This document shows positions 8,777-16,514 of a stretch of DNA of 29,213 nt, in pieces. Under the pieces are notes generated by a model that saw only the letters and a program-made list of their open reading frames with translations, was not told where the DNA came from and searched no databases. Source of the DNA: a virus (Duplodnaviria; Caudoviricetes); the IMG/VR virus record IMGVR_UViG_3300020045_007193, positions 1 through 29,213 of that record. One strand, written 5' to 3'. A program made the position numbers and the translations under genes. Position 1 is the first letter of the stretch. The number at the start of each line of letters is the position of its first letter.

Positions 8777-9325
8777 TTATGTCTTTATAAGCGTAGTCCT
8801 ATTTATAGACCGCCCATATATCATTGCCATTAACTTGTCGTATGAAATTCCTAAACTGTCGGCAGCGTCTTTCCCGCTATAATAGAAAACGCCTGTTTGG
8901 GTATCCATCAATATTGCCGCATTTGAATAAATCTGCGCTTGAAACGAATGTCTAACGTTTTCGGCATCTGTACACCATTCCAAATTCTCTACTCTATTGT
9001 CAGTTCTTACGCTGTTGATGTGATTTACGAGAGGCTTGTTATTCTTGTTTTCAAGAAAAGCCAACGCAACTAACCTATGTATATAAAATCGTTTACCAAC
9101 CCCTTTTTTGGAAAGTGTTGCCCTTTTATAACCTGTTTGTGGGTCAGGAGCTTGTAACATTAAGTTTTCCTTTTTAGTAACCCAATATTTTAATTTTTGT
9201 TTTCTTGAAAGAGACTTTAGCCTGCCAAGATTACTAACCTCATAAAATCCCTCATAGTTTGCAACTGGCATCCAAATTTCATCAGGCAACTTTGCAATCT
9301 CTACATTCTTTTCAGTATTTGTCAT
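8777..9325 (-). CDS. NUMOD4-HNH homing endonuclease
   Basis: EIWMPVANYEGFYEVSNLGRLKSL (NUMOD4); HRLVALAF...VNHINSVRTDNRVENLEWCT (HNH). Confidence 0.92.
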   Translation of the reverse strand: MTNTEKNVEIAKLPDEIWMPVANYEGFYEVSNLGRLKSLSRKQKLKYWVTKKENLMLQAPDPQTGYKRATLSKKGVGKRFYIHRLVALAFLENKNNKPLVNHINSVRTDNRVENLEWCTDAENVRHSFQAQIYSNAAILMDTQTGVFYYSGKDAADSLGISYDKLMAMIYGRSINRTTLIKT

Positions 9326-9330
9326 TTGTT

Positions 9331-9558
9331 TTATTTATTGAATGTTTCGTTATAATATTGTTCTGCGTCTGTTAGGTTGCTTGATTCTGCATATTGTCCG
9401 CTTTGGTATGCTTCGGTTATATGCTGCTTTTCAGTGGCTACAAGTTCGTCTATTTTCTCCTTTAAATAGTCTACTGTACAAACAAGCCTTTGACCATCTA
9501 ATGAAGTCCATTGATGCATAAACTCCTTTAATTGCTGCAATGCTGTTTTCTTTTCCAT
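9331..9558 (-). CDS. Small phage protein (KTA...EKQHITEAY...AEQYYNETF type)
   Basis: Motif pattern recalled from Bacteroidota phage early proteins. Confidence 0.7.
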   Translation of the reverse strand: MEKKTALQQLKEFMHQWTSLDGQRLVCTVDYLKEKIDELVATEKQHITEAYQSGQYAESSNLTDAEQYYNETFNK

Positions 9559-9609
9559 TTTTTGTTGTTTTTTTTGTCAATCTTTTAAACTTCTGATATT
9601 ACTATTGGA

Positions 9610-9674
9610 AGCAATACAGACTTTATTTGTGGGGGTGAAGGTTATGGTAAAAGGGAAACAGTTGAATTTTTAAA
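9610..9674. repeat. Bipartite direct repeat, copy 1 (AGCAATACAGACTTT ... G-run ... AAACAGTTGAATTTTTAAA)
   Basis: 15-bp and 19-bp blocks identical to 9820-9834 and 9859-9877. Confidence 0.9.
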
Positions 9675-9799
9675 GCTATAAAGCATATAATCATTGTGGG
9701 TAAAACGATATGATATAGTAGTTTAATCTCGGTTGGCTTTCTGAATTTCAATTCGTACCAAAGCCCAAAAATTGGGATAAAGGTTTTTGCTATTTTCAT
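9623..9799 (-). CDS. 58-aa hydrophobic protein MKIAKTFIPIFGLWYELK...HNLHPHK (not in ORF track)
   Basis: AACAACAACAA-ATG leader; TM-like segment LLYHIVLPTMIICFIAL. Confidence 0.6.
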   Translation of the reverse strand: MKIAKTFIPIFGLWYELKFRKPTEIKLLYHIVLPTMIICFIALKIQLFPFYHNLHPHK

Positions 9800-9819
9800 T
9801 TGTTGTTGTTTTTGCCAAG

Positions 9820-9877
9820 AGCAATACAGACTTTGTTTGGGGGGTTAGGATAAAATAAAAACAGTTGAATTTTTAAA
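9820..9877. repeat. Bipartite direct repeat, copy 2
   Basis: See 9610-9674. Confidence 0.9.
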
Positions 9878-10219
9878 ATCGTCAAAACAGTTATTACCAT
9901 ATCCGTTCATTGCGTTTGTAATAAACCACGTCCCGTTAGCAAGGTCTTTTTGAATCCTAATCATATAATGTCCATCAAAATCAACATCGACAATTTTAGC
10001 GTCTAATTCAGACTTAGGGAATCTAACAATAAGCGTTTCAATAACAACCCTGACTGTATTTTCTTGCTCTGCAAAAATTGAGTTTTTGTAATAATTATTT
10101 TTGGGGCTATTCCCTTGCTTATCCCTGCAACAAATATCACAAGGGTATTCCTGATTAACATGTGGATGAACTTCGCAGTATCCTTTTCGTAAATCGTTTC
10201 CGTGAATGTCAAATTTCAT
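9845..10219 (-). CDS. Hypothetical protein with N-terminal Cys/His (possible Zn) motif
   Basis: CEVHPHVNQEYPCDIC. Confidence 0.7.
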   Translation of the reverse strand: MKFDIHGNDLRKGYCEVHPHVNQEYPCDICCRDKQGNSPKNNYYKNSIFAEQENTVRVVIETLIVRFPKSELDAKIVDVDFDGHYMIRIQKDLANGTWFITNAMNGYGNNCFDDFKNSTVFILS

Positions 10220-10221
10220 AA

Positions 10222-10386
10222 CTATTTCTTTTGATTTTTTTCGATTAACTTTTTTTCTTCTGCCTTCACCAATGGTGTAAATTTAGCTTTCAATATTTCC
10301 CTGAATTCTTCTCTTACTCTAAAGGATATGGTTTTTGTCTTGAATCCTTTGGGTGGGCGACCTGCTCCGGGTGCATTCTTTCGCAT
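10222..10386 (-). CDS. 54-aa GAGRP / ribbon-helix-helix-like DNA-binding protein (not in ORF track)
   Basis: MRKNAPGAGRPPKGFKTKTISFRVREEFREILKAKF...; fills the intergenic gap. Confidence 0.7.
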   Translation of the reverse strand: MRKNAPGAGRPPKGFKTKTISFRVREEFREILKAKFTPLVKAEEKKLIEKNQKK

Positions 10387-10402
10387 TGACTTTTATTAAC
10401 AG

Positions 10403-10627
10403 TTAAGGTTGTTTTGGTGGTTCAGGGATTAATATCCAATGGGTCACTTCAAGGCTTTCAGAGGAGTGAATATGGCTTATGCTCCAAATCCCATCCTCAT
10501 CTTTCCCTGTTACATTTTGATAACAGCCCCCACCATAAGAATGACCCTTCCAAACCACAACACAATTAATCCTGTCGCTCCAATGATTAACTTTTGGTAG
10601 CGCATCTTTTACTGAAATCCATTCCAT
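10403..10627 (-). CDS. DUF551-like protein
   Basis: MEWISVKDALP ... VTHWILIPEPP. Confidence 0.85.
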   Translation of the reverse strand: MEWISVKDALPKVNHWSDRINCVVVWKGHSYGGGCYQNVTGKDEDGIWSISHIHSSESLEVTHWILIPEPPKQP

Positions 10628-10646
10628 AGTTTTTATTTTTATTCCT

Positions 10647-10678
10647 CAAAGATAGTTAAAATAATTATTGTAAACAAA
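10647..10678 (-). promoter_or_regulatory. Bacteroidota-type promoter TTTG-N20-TATCTTTG for the leftward accessory operon
   Basis: CAAAGATA at 10647-10654 and CAAA at 10675-10678 on +; about 20 nt upstream of the first ATG. Confidence 0.7.
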
Positions 10679-10696
10679 TATTATTGCAAAATAAAA

Positions 10697-10943
10697 TGCA
10701 CAAATCCTGCACCAAAGCCCCCTTAAAAAATGATTAAAACAAAGTAATTCAATTGATTGTGGAGGTTAAAAATAATCCAATCCGGTTCACTTAAAAATTC
10801 AGCATTAGTCGCTATTACAGCGGCTATTGTTGTTTTTGACTGGTTCTTAATCACTAAAAAGTGGTAGAAAATGCGAGAAGGAAGTAGAAAGTGGAATAAA
10901 AATGCACTAATGTTGCACCAACGATTTATAAAAAATGCACCAA
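10697..10943 (+). other. Putative attP: five TGCAC(C/A/T)AA arm-type sites around a tRNA-3'-like core
   Basis: Copies at 10697, 10708, 10903, 10914, 10936; core AATCCAATCCGGTTCAC at 10774-10790; directly upstream of the integrase. Confidence 0.7.
10800..10837 (+). terminator. Terminator-like hairpin after the att core
   Basis: AGTCGCT-attac-AGCGGCT with extended pairing and a T-tract. Confidence 0.5.
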
Positions 10944-10944
10944 A

Positions 10945-12069
10945 ATGGCAACTGCGGTTTGTAAGATACATAGCCACGTCAAAGCAGACGGGACATCACA
11001 AATATACATTCTTGTTTCGAACGGGCAAAAAAGGAATAAAAAGCCTGTTGGGTATTCTGTTGAGCAAAAGTATTTCAATGCTGAATTAGGGCTTGTTACG
11101 TCCAAAGTAGCCAACTATAAAAACATCAATGCAAAGATTAATTCAATGTTGGGCGAGTATCAGTCTAAGATTGAAGTAAGCAAATTGACAAATACAGATT
11201 TTTCTTTGGATGGCAGGTCGGTTAAAGTCCCAACGTTTTACGATTTCTCAAAGAATGAATTAAGCAATCAATCAGACAAAGCAAGCGGGACAAAAAGGCA
11301 TTATAATGTTTGGCTTAACCGATTGAACAATTACGACAGCACGACCAAAATAAGCGAAATAAATTCTGAATGGGTAAATAGGTACAAAGTTTACTTAATG
11401 AAGAAAGGAGGGGCAAATGAAACGCCTATCGGTAAGGCTGCGCTCTATACAGTATTCAAGTTGCTTAAAAAGATAATCAAAGCAGGAATAAGAGATGGGT
11501 ATATTACCGTAAACGTCCTTGCCAATGTAGATTTGCCCAAAGAGCCAAAAGTTACCAAAAAGAAATACCTTACCCCTGACGAAGTAGCGCAATTTGAAAA
11601 TGAAGCGTACAAGCCCGAAAATGAACATTTCAGACGCTGTACGCTATGGCAGATATACGGGTTTTATTCGGGGCTAAGGATTTCAGACTGGTACATTTCC
11701 AACCTTACGGAATTTTTAAAGCAGAAGAAAGTTGATTTGAAGCAGACGAAAACGGGCGGTGACGTTCTTATACCCTTGTACCCAAAACTTGAAAAAGCAA
11801 TAGAAAACCTTATTGAATTAGGTCAGTCTCCTTTATCGGAGCATCAACATAACCTTACCTTAAAATCATTTGCCATTACAGCAAAGATTAAACATGATAT
11901 GACATCACATTTTGCTCGTCATACCTTTGGGGTTTATCTTGCTGAAAATGACGTTCCCCCACAGGTAGCAATGAAGTTATTAGGGCATAAGAATATAAGG
12001 GAAACAATGATATACTATGAGCTTACACATTCTAAGATAGCAAGCGTAGTGTTAGATAAGCTAGGCTGA
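10945..12069 (+). CDS. int: Tyrosine integrase
   Basis: Arm-binding-like N-terminus; SGLRISD (R), KTG (K), HFARHTF (HxxR), LGH, C-terminal Tyr. Confidence 0.93.
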   Translation: MATAVCKIHSHVKADGTSQIYILVSNGQKRNKKPVGYSVEQKYFNAELGLVTSKVANYKNINAKINSMLGEYQSKIEVSKLTNTDFSLDGRSVKVPTFYDFSKNELSNQSDKASGTKRHYNVWLNRLNNYDSTTKISEINSEWVNRYKVYLMKKGGANETPIGKAALYTVFKLLKKIIKAGIRDGYITVNVLANVDLPKEPKVTKKKYLTPDEVAQFENEAYKPENEHFRRCTLWQIYGFYSGLRISDWYISNLTEFLKQKKVDLKQTKTGGDVLIPLYPKLEKAIENLIELGQSPLSEHQHNLTLKSFAITAKIKHDMTSHFARHTFGVYLAENDVPPQVAMKLLGHKNIRETMIYYELTHSKIASVVLDKLG

Positions 12070-12072
12070 TTA

Positions 12073-12408
12073 TTATTTTTTGCGTTGAACTTGATATAAT
12101 TCAAGTTTCAAATCTCTTAACTCACATTCTAAATTAGACTTTTCGTCAATCAGCTTTATGCTGTCTTTACCCTTTCCCGCTATTTCAAACTGCTGTTTTT
12201 CTCTATTAGATAGGGCAGCTATTTTAGCAATAAAGCTATTGCTTGTCCTTTGCTCAATGCTTTTGTTTTCATCAAGTAGTTTCTGCGCTTCAATTCTAAT
12301 GTTGCATATTTCACTTAATGGGTTAGCTTCAAGCAAGAAATTAACACCATCTAATTTTTTATTAACCTCTTTAATGCTCTTAATAATTACCTGCTCTTTC
12401 GTTGTCAT
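12073..12408 (-). CDS. Hypothetical coiled-coil protein
   Basis: 111-aa ORF convergent on int. Confidence 0.7.
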   Translation of the reverse strand: MTTKEQVIIKSIKEVNKKLDGVNFLLEANPLSEICNIRIEAQKLLDENKSIEQRTSNSFIAKIAALSNREKQQFEIAGKGKDSIKLIDEKSNLECELRDLKLELYQVQRKK

Positions 12409-12410
12409 AA

Positions 12411-12665
12411 TTAAGCTGATTGTTGTTTTTTAAATTCCGTTGCAACGCTGTTCAGGTCGTACCAAATATGATTCTCTTTATCCTTGTATTGAGTAATGTA
12501 TTTCTTCTCTCTTGCCTGTCTTAATTCTTCTTTATTGGTGAAAATAGTTGTAGCAAAAACCTCTTTAGCCTTTACCCAATTAGGGCGGTTATTTAGGTTA
12601 TCTTCTTTTGTCATAAGGGCTAAAACCTTTTTCAGCAATGATTTTATTTCTTCTTGGTTTGACAT
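12411..12665 (-). CDS. Putative excisionase / small winged-helix DNA-binding protein
   Basis: Basic 84 aa; WVKAKEV...LRQAREKKYI...WYDLNSV pattern; close to int. Confidence 0.5.
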   Translation of the reverse strand: MSNQEEIKSLLKKVLALMTKEDNLNNRPNWVKAKEVFATTIFTNKEELRQAREKKYITQYKDKENHIWYDLNSVATEFKKQQSA

Positions 12666-12683
12666 AGCTTAGTGTTTTAAAAT

Positions 12684-12704
12684 AAAAAACCGCTTAATAG
12701 CGGC
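12684..12704 (-). terminator. Intrinsic terminator upstream of the xis-like gene
   Basis: On -: CCGCT-atta-AGCGG-TTTTTT. Confidence 0.65.
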
Positions 12705-12711
12705 TAAGGGT

Positions 12712-13023
12712 TTAACGTTTTTTATGTTTTGTGAATAGCTCTTGGTAGCATTCATTTTGATACGCTTCGAAATTTTCTGCTGCAATATCTCCTGACATTC
12801 CTAGTCGCCAAAACTCAACCTTGAAATCTTCAATATCCTGAACGGGCTTTGGCACATCAATTCTGTAAATTCTGCAATACTCATCTATAACATCCTTACA
12901 TTTTGCTGCCATTTCATAGCGTTCTTCATTTGAAAGCCTATCCATTACCTTTTGCATTACATAAATTCCGTGAACGCATAAAGCAGAAAAGTATCGTTGG
13001 TGCGATTTGTTTAAAGTTTTCAT
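12712..13023 (-). CDS. Hypothetical protein
   Basis: 103 aa, coupled to the upstream stop. Confidence 0.7.
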   Translation of the reverse strand: MKTLNKSHQRYFSALCVHGIYVMQKVMDRLSNEERYEMAAKCKDVIDEYCRIYRIDVPKPVQDIEDFKVEFWRLGMSGDIAAENFEAYQNECYQELFTKHKKR

Positions 13024-13226
13024 TACTTAACTGTTTTAATGATTTGAAGATTGTTCGCTGCGAGGTAGTCGGTAACAGCGGATAAAAAAGCGTGTGGGAT
13101 TGCAATATCTTCATAAATTTTATTAGCAATTTCTTTTGCATCCAACACTTCAACTTCTTTTGCTCTCATTGGTAAATTCTTCTCTGCCCATTTTTCAGAG
13201 TGTTCTATTAAATACATCTTAGTCAT
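13023..13226 (-). CDS. Hypothetical protein
   Basis: 67 aa, tiles the operon. Confidence 0.65.
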   Translation of the reverse strand: MTKMYLIEHSEKWAEKNLPMRAKEVEVLDAKEIANKIYEDIAIPHAFLSAVTDYLAANNLQIIKTVK

Positions 13227-13260
13227 ACTTTTTTAATTTACTTATAGGAGTTAAAGTAAT

Positions 13261-13500
13261 CTAACTGTTTTTATAGTTTACTTTTAAATTTTCGTGGTTA
13301 ATAAGGGAGGTGATGGATTCTAAATCTTTTGCGCTCAGGCAAACTTCATAATCCTCAAGGTAATTCTTGATTGATGCCGCTGCTTCCCCTAGTGCTACCT
13401 CAATAGCGTTTCTCTGAATTGCTTTTATAAATCCCAAAACAGGCTTATTGCTGTTTAATATGTCTGCCATCCATTCTTCGGCACTTTTTAGTTCTGTCAT
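13261..13500 (-). CDS. Hypothetical protein
   Basis: 79 aa, tiles the operon. Confidence 0.65.
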   Translation of the reverse strand: MTELKSAEEWMADILNSNKPVLGFIKAIQRNAIEVALGEAAASIKNYLEDYEVCLSAKDLESITSLINHENLKVNYKNS

Positions 13501-13547
13501 AATAAATTATTTAGTTGATTTAGTCATTGGGCAGGAGAGATTTGAGA

Positions 13548-13856
13548 TTAGTATGTGCTTGTTTTGTTTATTTCTTCGAGCAATTTATCAGCAACCATAA
13601 ACGAAAGGCGTTTTAAGGTTAAAAATAGGCTTCCCCAATCCTCACGTTTGTTAATAACGTTTTTTACAAACCATTCTCTGTCTGCAAATTTGTTGTTCAG
13701 GTCTAATATCCACGTTACTGACAAATCATCTTTAGGGGGCAATTCTCCATTGTGCATCATTCGGTATAGCTCAATTGAAAACCAACTATCATCAGTAGTC
13801 CAAGTTTTATGTGCATCGTGAATTTTATACAATTCAAACATTTGTTCTTTAGTCAT
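13548..13856 (-). CDS. Hypothetical protein
   Basis: 102 aa, tiles the operon. Confidence 0.7.
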   Translation of the reverse strand: MTKEQMFELYKIHDAHKTWTTDDSWFSIELYRMMHNGELPPKDDLSVTWILDLNNKFADREWFVKNVINKREDWGSLFLTLKRLSFMVADKLLEEINKTSTY

Positions 13857-14169
13857 AGTGTTTGTTTGGTTTGAAAATTGGATTAATTAAACTTTCGGAA
13901 TTTTCTTTATTCAGTAATGCTGCTATTCTTTCAGCAAAATTCTTTGCGTTTTCATATCCTACATGGTCGGCATTTAAAATATCTAAACCGCCGTAAACGT
14001 CTTCTGTTTGTATGTGAAAGAACCCTGCGTATTCAACAACGTGAAATATTTTCTTTGGTTGAACATCAGGATTATTAGTATAGCTTTCTGCTATTTTCAT
14101 AATAACTTCTTCCTCGTTAATGTTTAGTCTTTTTAGGATTTCTTTTACTTTGTCGTTGTTATCGCTCAT
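13849..14169 (-). CDS. Hypothetical protein (likely start MSDNN)
   Basis: ORF 13849..14247 trimmed to the ATG overlapping the upstream gene end. Confidence 0.65.
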   Translation of the reverse strand: MSDNNDKVKEILKRLNINEEEVIMKIAESYTNNPDVQPKKIFHVVEYAGFFHIQTEDVYGGLDILNADHVGYENAKNFAERIAALLNKENSESLINPIFKPNKHYD

Positions 14170-14419
14170 TTTGTTGGGTTTGATAGAGTGAATAAAGTTC
14201 TTCTTCTGTAAATGTTTCGCCTGTAATAACCTTAACCCAAGTCCCACGATGATTGGAATAGGAAAAGTTTTTAGAGAACTCTAAAACGGCTATTGCGTCC
14301 AGCTTTGAAATTTCAGCACAGGATTCAGCGGCTTGCTCAATGTAGAAATGGTCGTGAATCCCATCGTATCTCCTTTCGTTTTTAATTGCTTCGAGCATTC
14401 TTTCTTGTAGTGTATTCAT
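14159..14419 (-). CDS. Hypothetical protein (...TEEELYSLY type)
   Basis: 86 aa, tiles the operon. Confidence 0.7.
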   Translation of the reverse strand: MNTLQERMLEAIKNERRYDGIHDHFYIEQAAESCAEISKLDAIAVLEFSKNFSYSNHRGTWVKVITGETFTEEELYSLYQTQQNER

Positions 14420-14431
14420 CTGATTTGTGTT

Positions 14432-14647
14432 TTAGGATTTTGATTTACGTTCACAATCGTTTTCAAAACAAAACCTCATTTTAATCATTTCTGATTTTGG
14501 GATGGTTTCGACAGTTAAATTGTGCTTTGCGACTTCTTTGTAAAAATCTTTTCTCATTTTCTCGTCTTTTTCGAAAGTTTCGGTACAAGTGATAGTTATT
14601 AATCCCTTACAATTAGGGCATCTTGAAACTGTACAAGGTTGTATCAT
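14432..14647 (-). CDS. Small Cys-rich protein (likely start MIQPC)
   Basis: CPNC and CFENDC motifs. Confidence 0.65.
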   Translation of the reverse strand: MIQPCTVSRCPNCKGLITITCTETFEKDEKMRKDFYKEVAKHNLTVETIPKSEMIKMRFCFENDCERKSKS

Positions 14648-14651
14648 TTTT

Positions 14652-15062
14652 TTAATTTTTAAGTTCGTAAAGTAATTGTGCATTCGTTTCAAGTAGGTTT
14701 AGTGATGCGCAGAGGGATTGGAGGCTTTCTTTTGCAGTTTTCAAAAGGTATTCGTGAAAGGGCATATTATTTCTGTAATCTAAATACCCATTCACTCCAA
14801 AACCTTCTACCAAAATATTACAAACACTCTCCGTTACCTCTCCTATGCTTCCTGCTAGTGTCCAAGAACCGGGGGGTAGCGTAATTGAGTTTCGTCCTAC
14901 ACCATCAAAAAAGTAATGATACCAAGATAATTTACTGCCACTTTTTGTCACATCAACAGAAAATGCTTTATCAATCCATTTTACACCTTTTATTGCATCC
15001 TTTGGCACTTCTACAAACAATAGGTTCGCCTTTTCCGTTGAAAATTGTTTTATGTTTTCCAT
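14652..15062 (-). CDS. Hypothetical protein
   Basis: 136 aa, coupled to the upstream stop. Confidence 0.7.
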   Translation of the reverse strand: MENIKQFSTEKANLLFVEVPKDAIKGVKWIDKAFSVDVTKSGSKLSWYHYFFDGVGRNSITLPPGSWTLAGSIGEVTESVCNILVEGFGVNGYLDYRNNMPFHEYLLKTAKESLQSLCASLNLLETNAQLLYELKN

Positions 15063-15304
15063 TATTTTATGGTGGGGGTTAAGTCAACGTCATCAATTTC
15101 AACCTTCCATTCGTAGCAATGGCGTTCTTTAATATTATCTGAAAGCCATTCTGCTGCTTCCTGATAGAGATGCTCATTAAGGGCTACCTTATGCCCTCTC
15201 CTGAACGCTGTTTCTATTTGGGTTAATACTTTCTTAGGCATGTCAAACTGACCAATGCCAACTTTATAAGAAACTGTTACCTGTAAATTTTTCACTTTTG
15301 CCAT
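15062..15304 (-). CDS. Hypothetical protein
   Basis: 80 aa. Confidence 0.7.
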   Translation of the reverse strand: MAKVKNLQVTVSYKVGIGQFDMPKKVLTQIETAFRRGHKVALNEHLYQEAAEWLSDNIKERHCYEWKVEIDDVDLTPTIK

Positions 15305-15307
15305 AAC

Positions 15308-15373
15308 TTAAATTTTTTCGATTAAAAAAGGGTTAACAAATGTTTCATCTATACCGTGGGATTCAAGCCAAGA
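15308..15373 (-). pseudogene. 3' remnant of a displaced gene (SWLESHGIDETFVNPFLIEKI*)
   Basis: Start-less protein-like tail filling the whole intergenic gap and ending 3 nt before the next ATG. Confidence 0.45.
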
Positions 15374-15688
15374 TTATTTGTCTTGTTCATCAAATGCCAT
15401 CCATATATCTGATAAGGTATCTAAGTCAATTCTGTTTTGGGTATGTACCCATTTATCAAACCTTTCATCAAGTAAATAATATTCTATGACGTTTATACAT
15501 CCTGCGCTTTTAAAGAGCCATTTGTTAGATTTAAAATCATAGCATACTACCGATAATGTTATATCTCGACCAATTGTTTCGCACTTAGCAAAATAGAAGC
15601 TAGATATGTTTTGCCTTAAACTAAATTCATCTGTGCCTATTGGCGGGATTTCAGATGATGGTTTTACAATTAAAATTTTAGTTGTCAT
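15374..15688 (-). CDS. Hypothetical protein
   Basis: 104 aa. Confidence 0.65.
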   Translation of the reverse strand: MTTKILIVKPSSEIPPIGTDEFSLRQNISSFYFAKCETIGRDITLSVVCYDFKSNKWLFKSAGCINVIEYYLLDERFDKWVHTQNRIDLDTLSDIWMAFDEQDK

Positions 15689-15691
15689 ATT

Positions 15692-15871
15692 TTATCTTTT
15701 TTGTTTGTCCATTTGAGCAATAATGTATCTGTTCTTTTCTAGGTAGTGCATAAAGTCATAAGAGGATGATTTAAGGTAATCCTGCCATATATCCCTTAGC
15801 TTTTGACCTTCTATAAGTTTTCCTTTGGTGTTTTTGCCTCCAATGTTTACTTCGATTGTCGTTGTTTCCAT
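15692..15871 (-). CDS. 59-aa hypothetical protein METTTIEVNIGG... (not in ORF track)
   Basis: Open frame filling the gap. Confidence 0.65.
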   Translation of the reverse strand: METTTIEVNIGGKNTKGKLIEGQKLRDIWQDYLKSSSYDFMHYLEKNRYIIAQMDKQKR

Positions 15872-15891
15872 TATGCAAGTTCTTTTTGATT

Positions 15892-16356
15892 TTAAGCGTT
15901 AAGCCTTTTAAATTCTTCGAATTGCGCTTCTGAATAGCCTAATTTCTCTCTGTATTTCTCCCGAAGGTCTTTGTGTGGGACATGAGTATTTAGCATCAAT
16001 TCGTAGGCTTCTAATTGCTCCATTCTATACCCTGCATCCCTTATCAGTAGTTCAAACTCCTTTACTGTTTCAAAGTCTGCATATTGCATAGCCCTTATAA
16101 TTCGTTTCTTTGCCCCTATGTATTCTTCGTAATCAGAAGCATCTACATTCTCTATTATTTGGCTTACAACGTCATTAAATGGGCTAAGTTGCTTTATGTA
16201 CTTTTGGACGCTTTCAAGAAACTTTTTAGTATTTACTTTCAGTTCGTGCTTATACGATGTAGGATTGTAAACCTTTGGCAGATTTTCCATTTCATCCATT
16301 GAAATAAGAAGGGTGCTTAGTAAATGAAGCAGCGGCAGTAGTTCTTTGTTTGTCAT
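15892..16356 (-). CDS. Hypothetical helical protein
   Basis: 154 aa. Confidence 0.7.
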   Translation of the reverse strand: MTNKELLPLLHLLSTLLISMDEMENLPKVYNPTSYKHELKVNTKKFLESVQKYIKQLSPFNDVVSQIIENVDASDYEEYIGAKKRIIRAMQYADFETVKEFELLIRDAGYRMEQLEAYELMLNTHVPHKDLREKYREKLGYSEAQFEEFKRLNA

Positions 16357-16360
16357 CAGA

Positions 16361-16510
16361 TTAGATTTTTGTGTTTAGGTATCGCAATGCTTCTTCTGTT
16401 GTGGCAATCCTGAATTCATCTCCTTTATCCATCAAAGGCTTTACTACTCCATAAGTAGCTATAACACCTTGCCAAACTATAATGTCAGTTTCTCTTATTT
16501 GTGTGTTCAT
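16361..16510 (-). CDS. 49-aa hypothetical protein MNTQIRETDIIVWQG... (not in ORF track)
   Basis: Open frame filling the gap. Confidence 0.6.
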   Translation of the reverse strand: MNTQIRETDIIVWQGVIATYGVVKPLMDKGDEFRIATTEEALRYLNTKI

Positions 16511-16514
16511 AATT

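Noticed and set aside
8699-9325. Group I intron carrying the HNH gene
   Set aside because: No non-coding room for a ribozyme core on either side of the ORF
10740-10795. Complete tRNA gene
   Set aside because: Only the last 17 or so nt are tRNA-like; no D or anticodon arms
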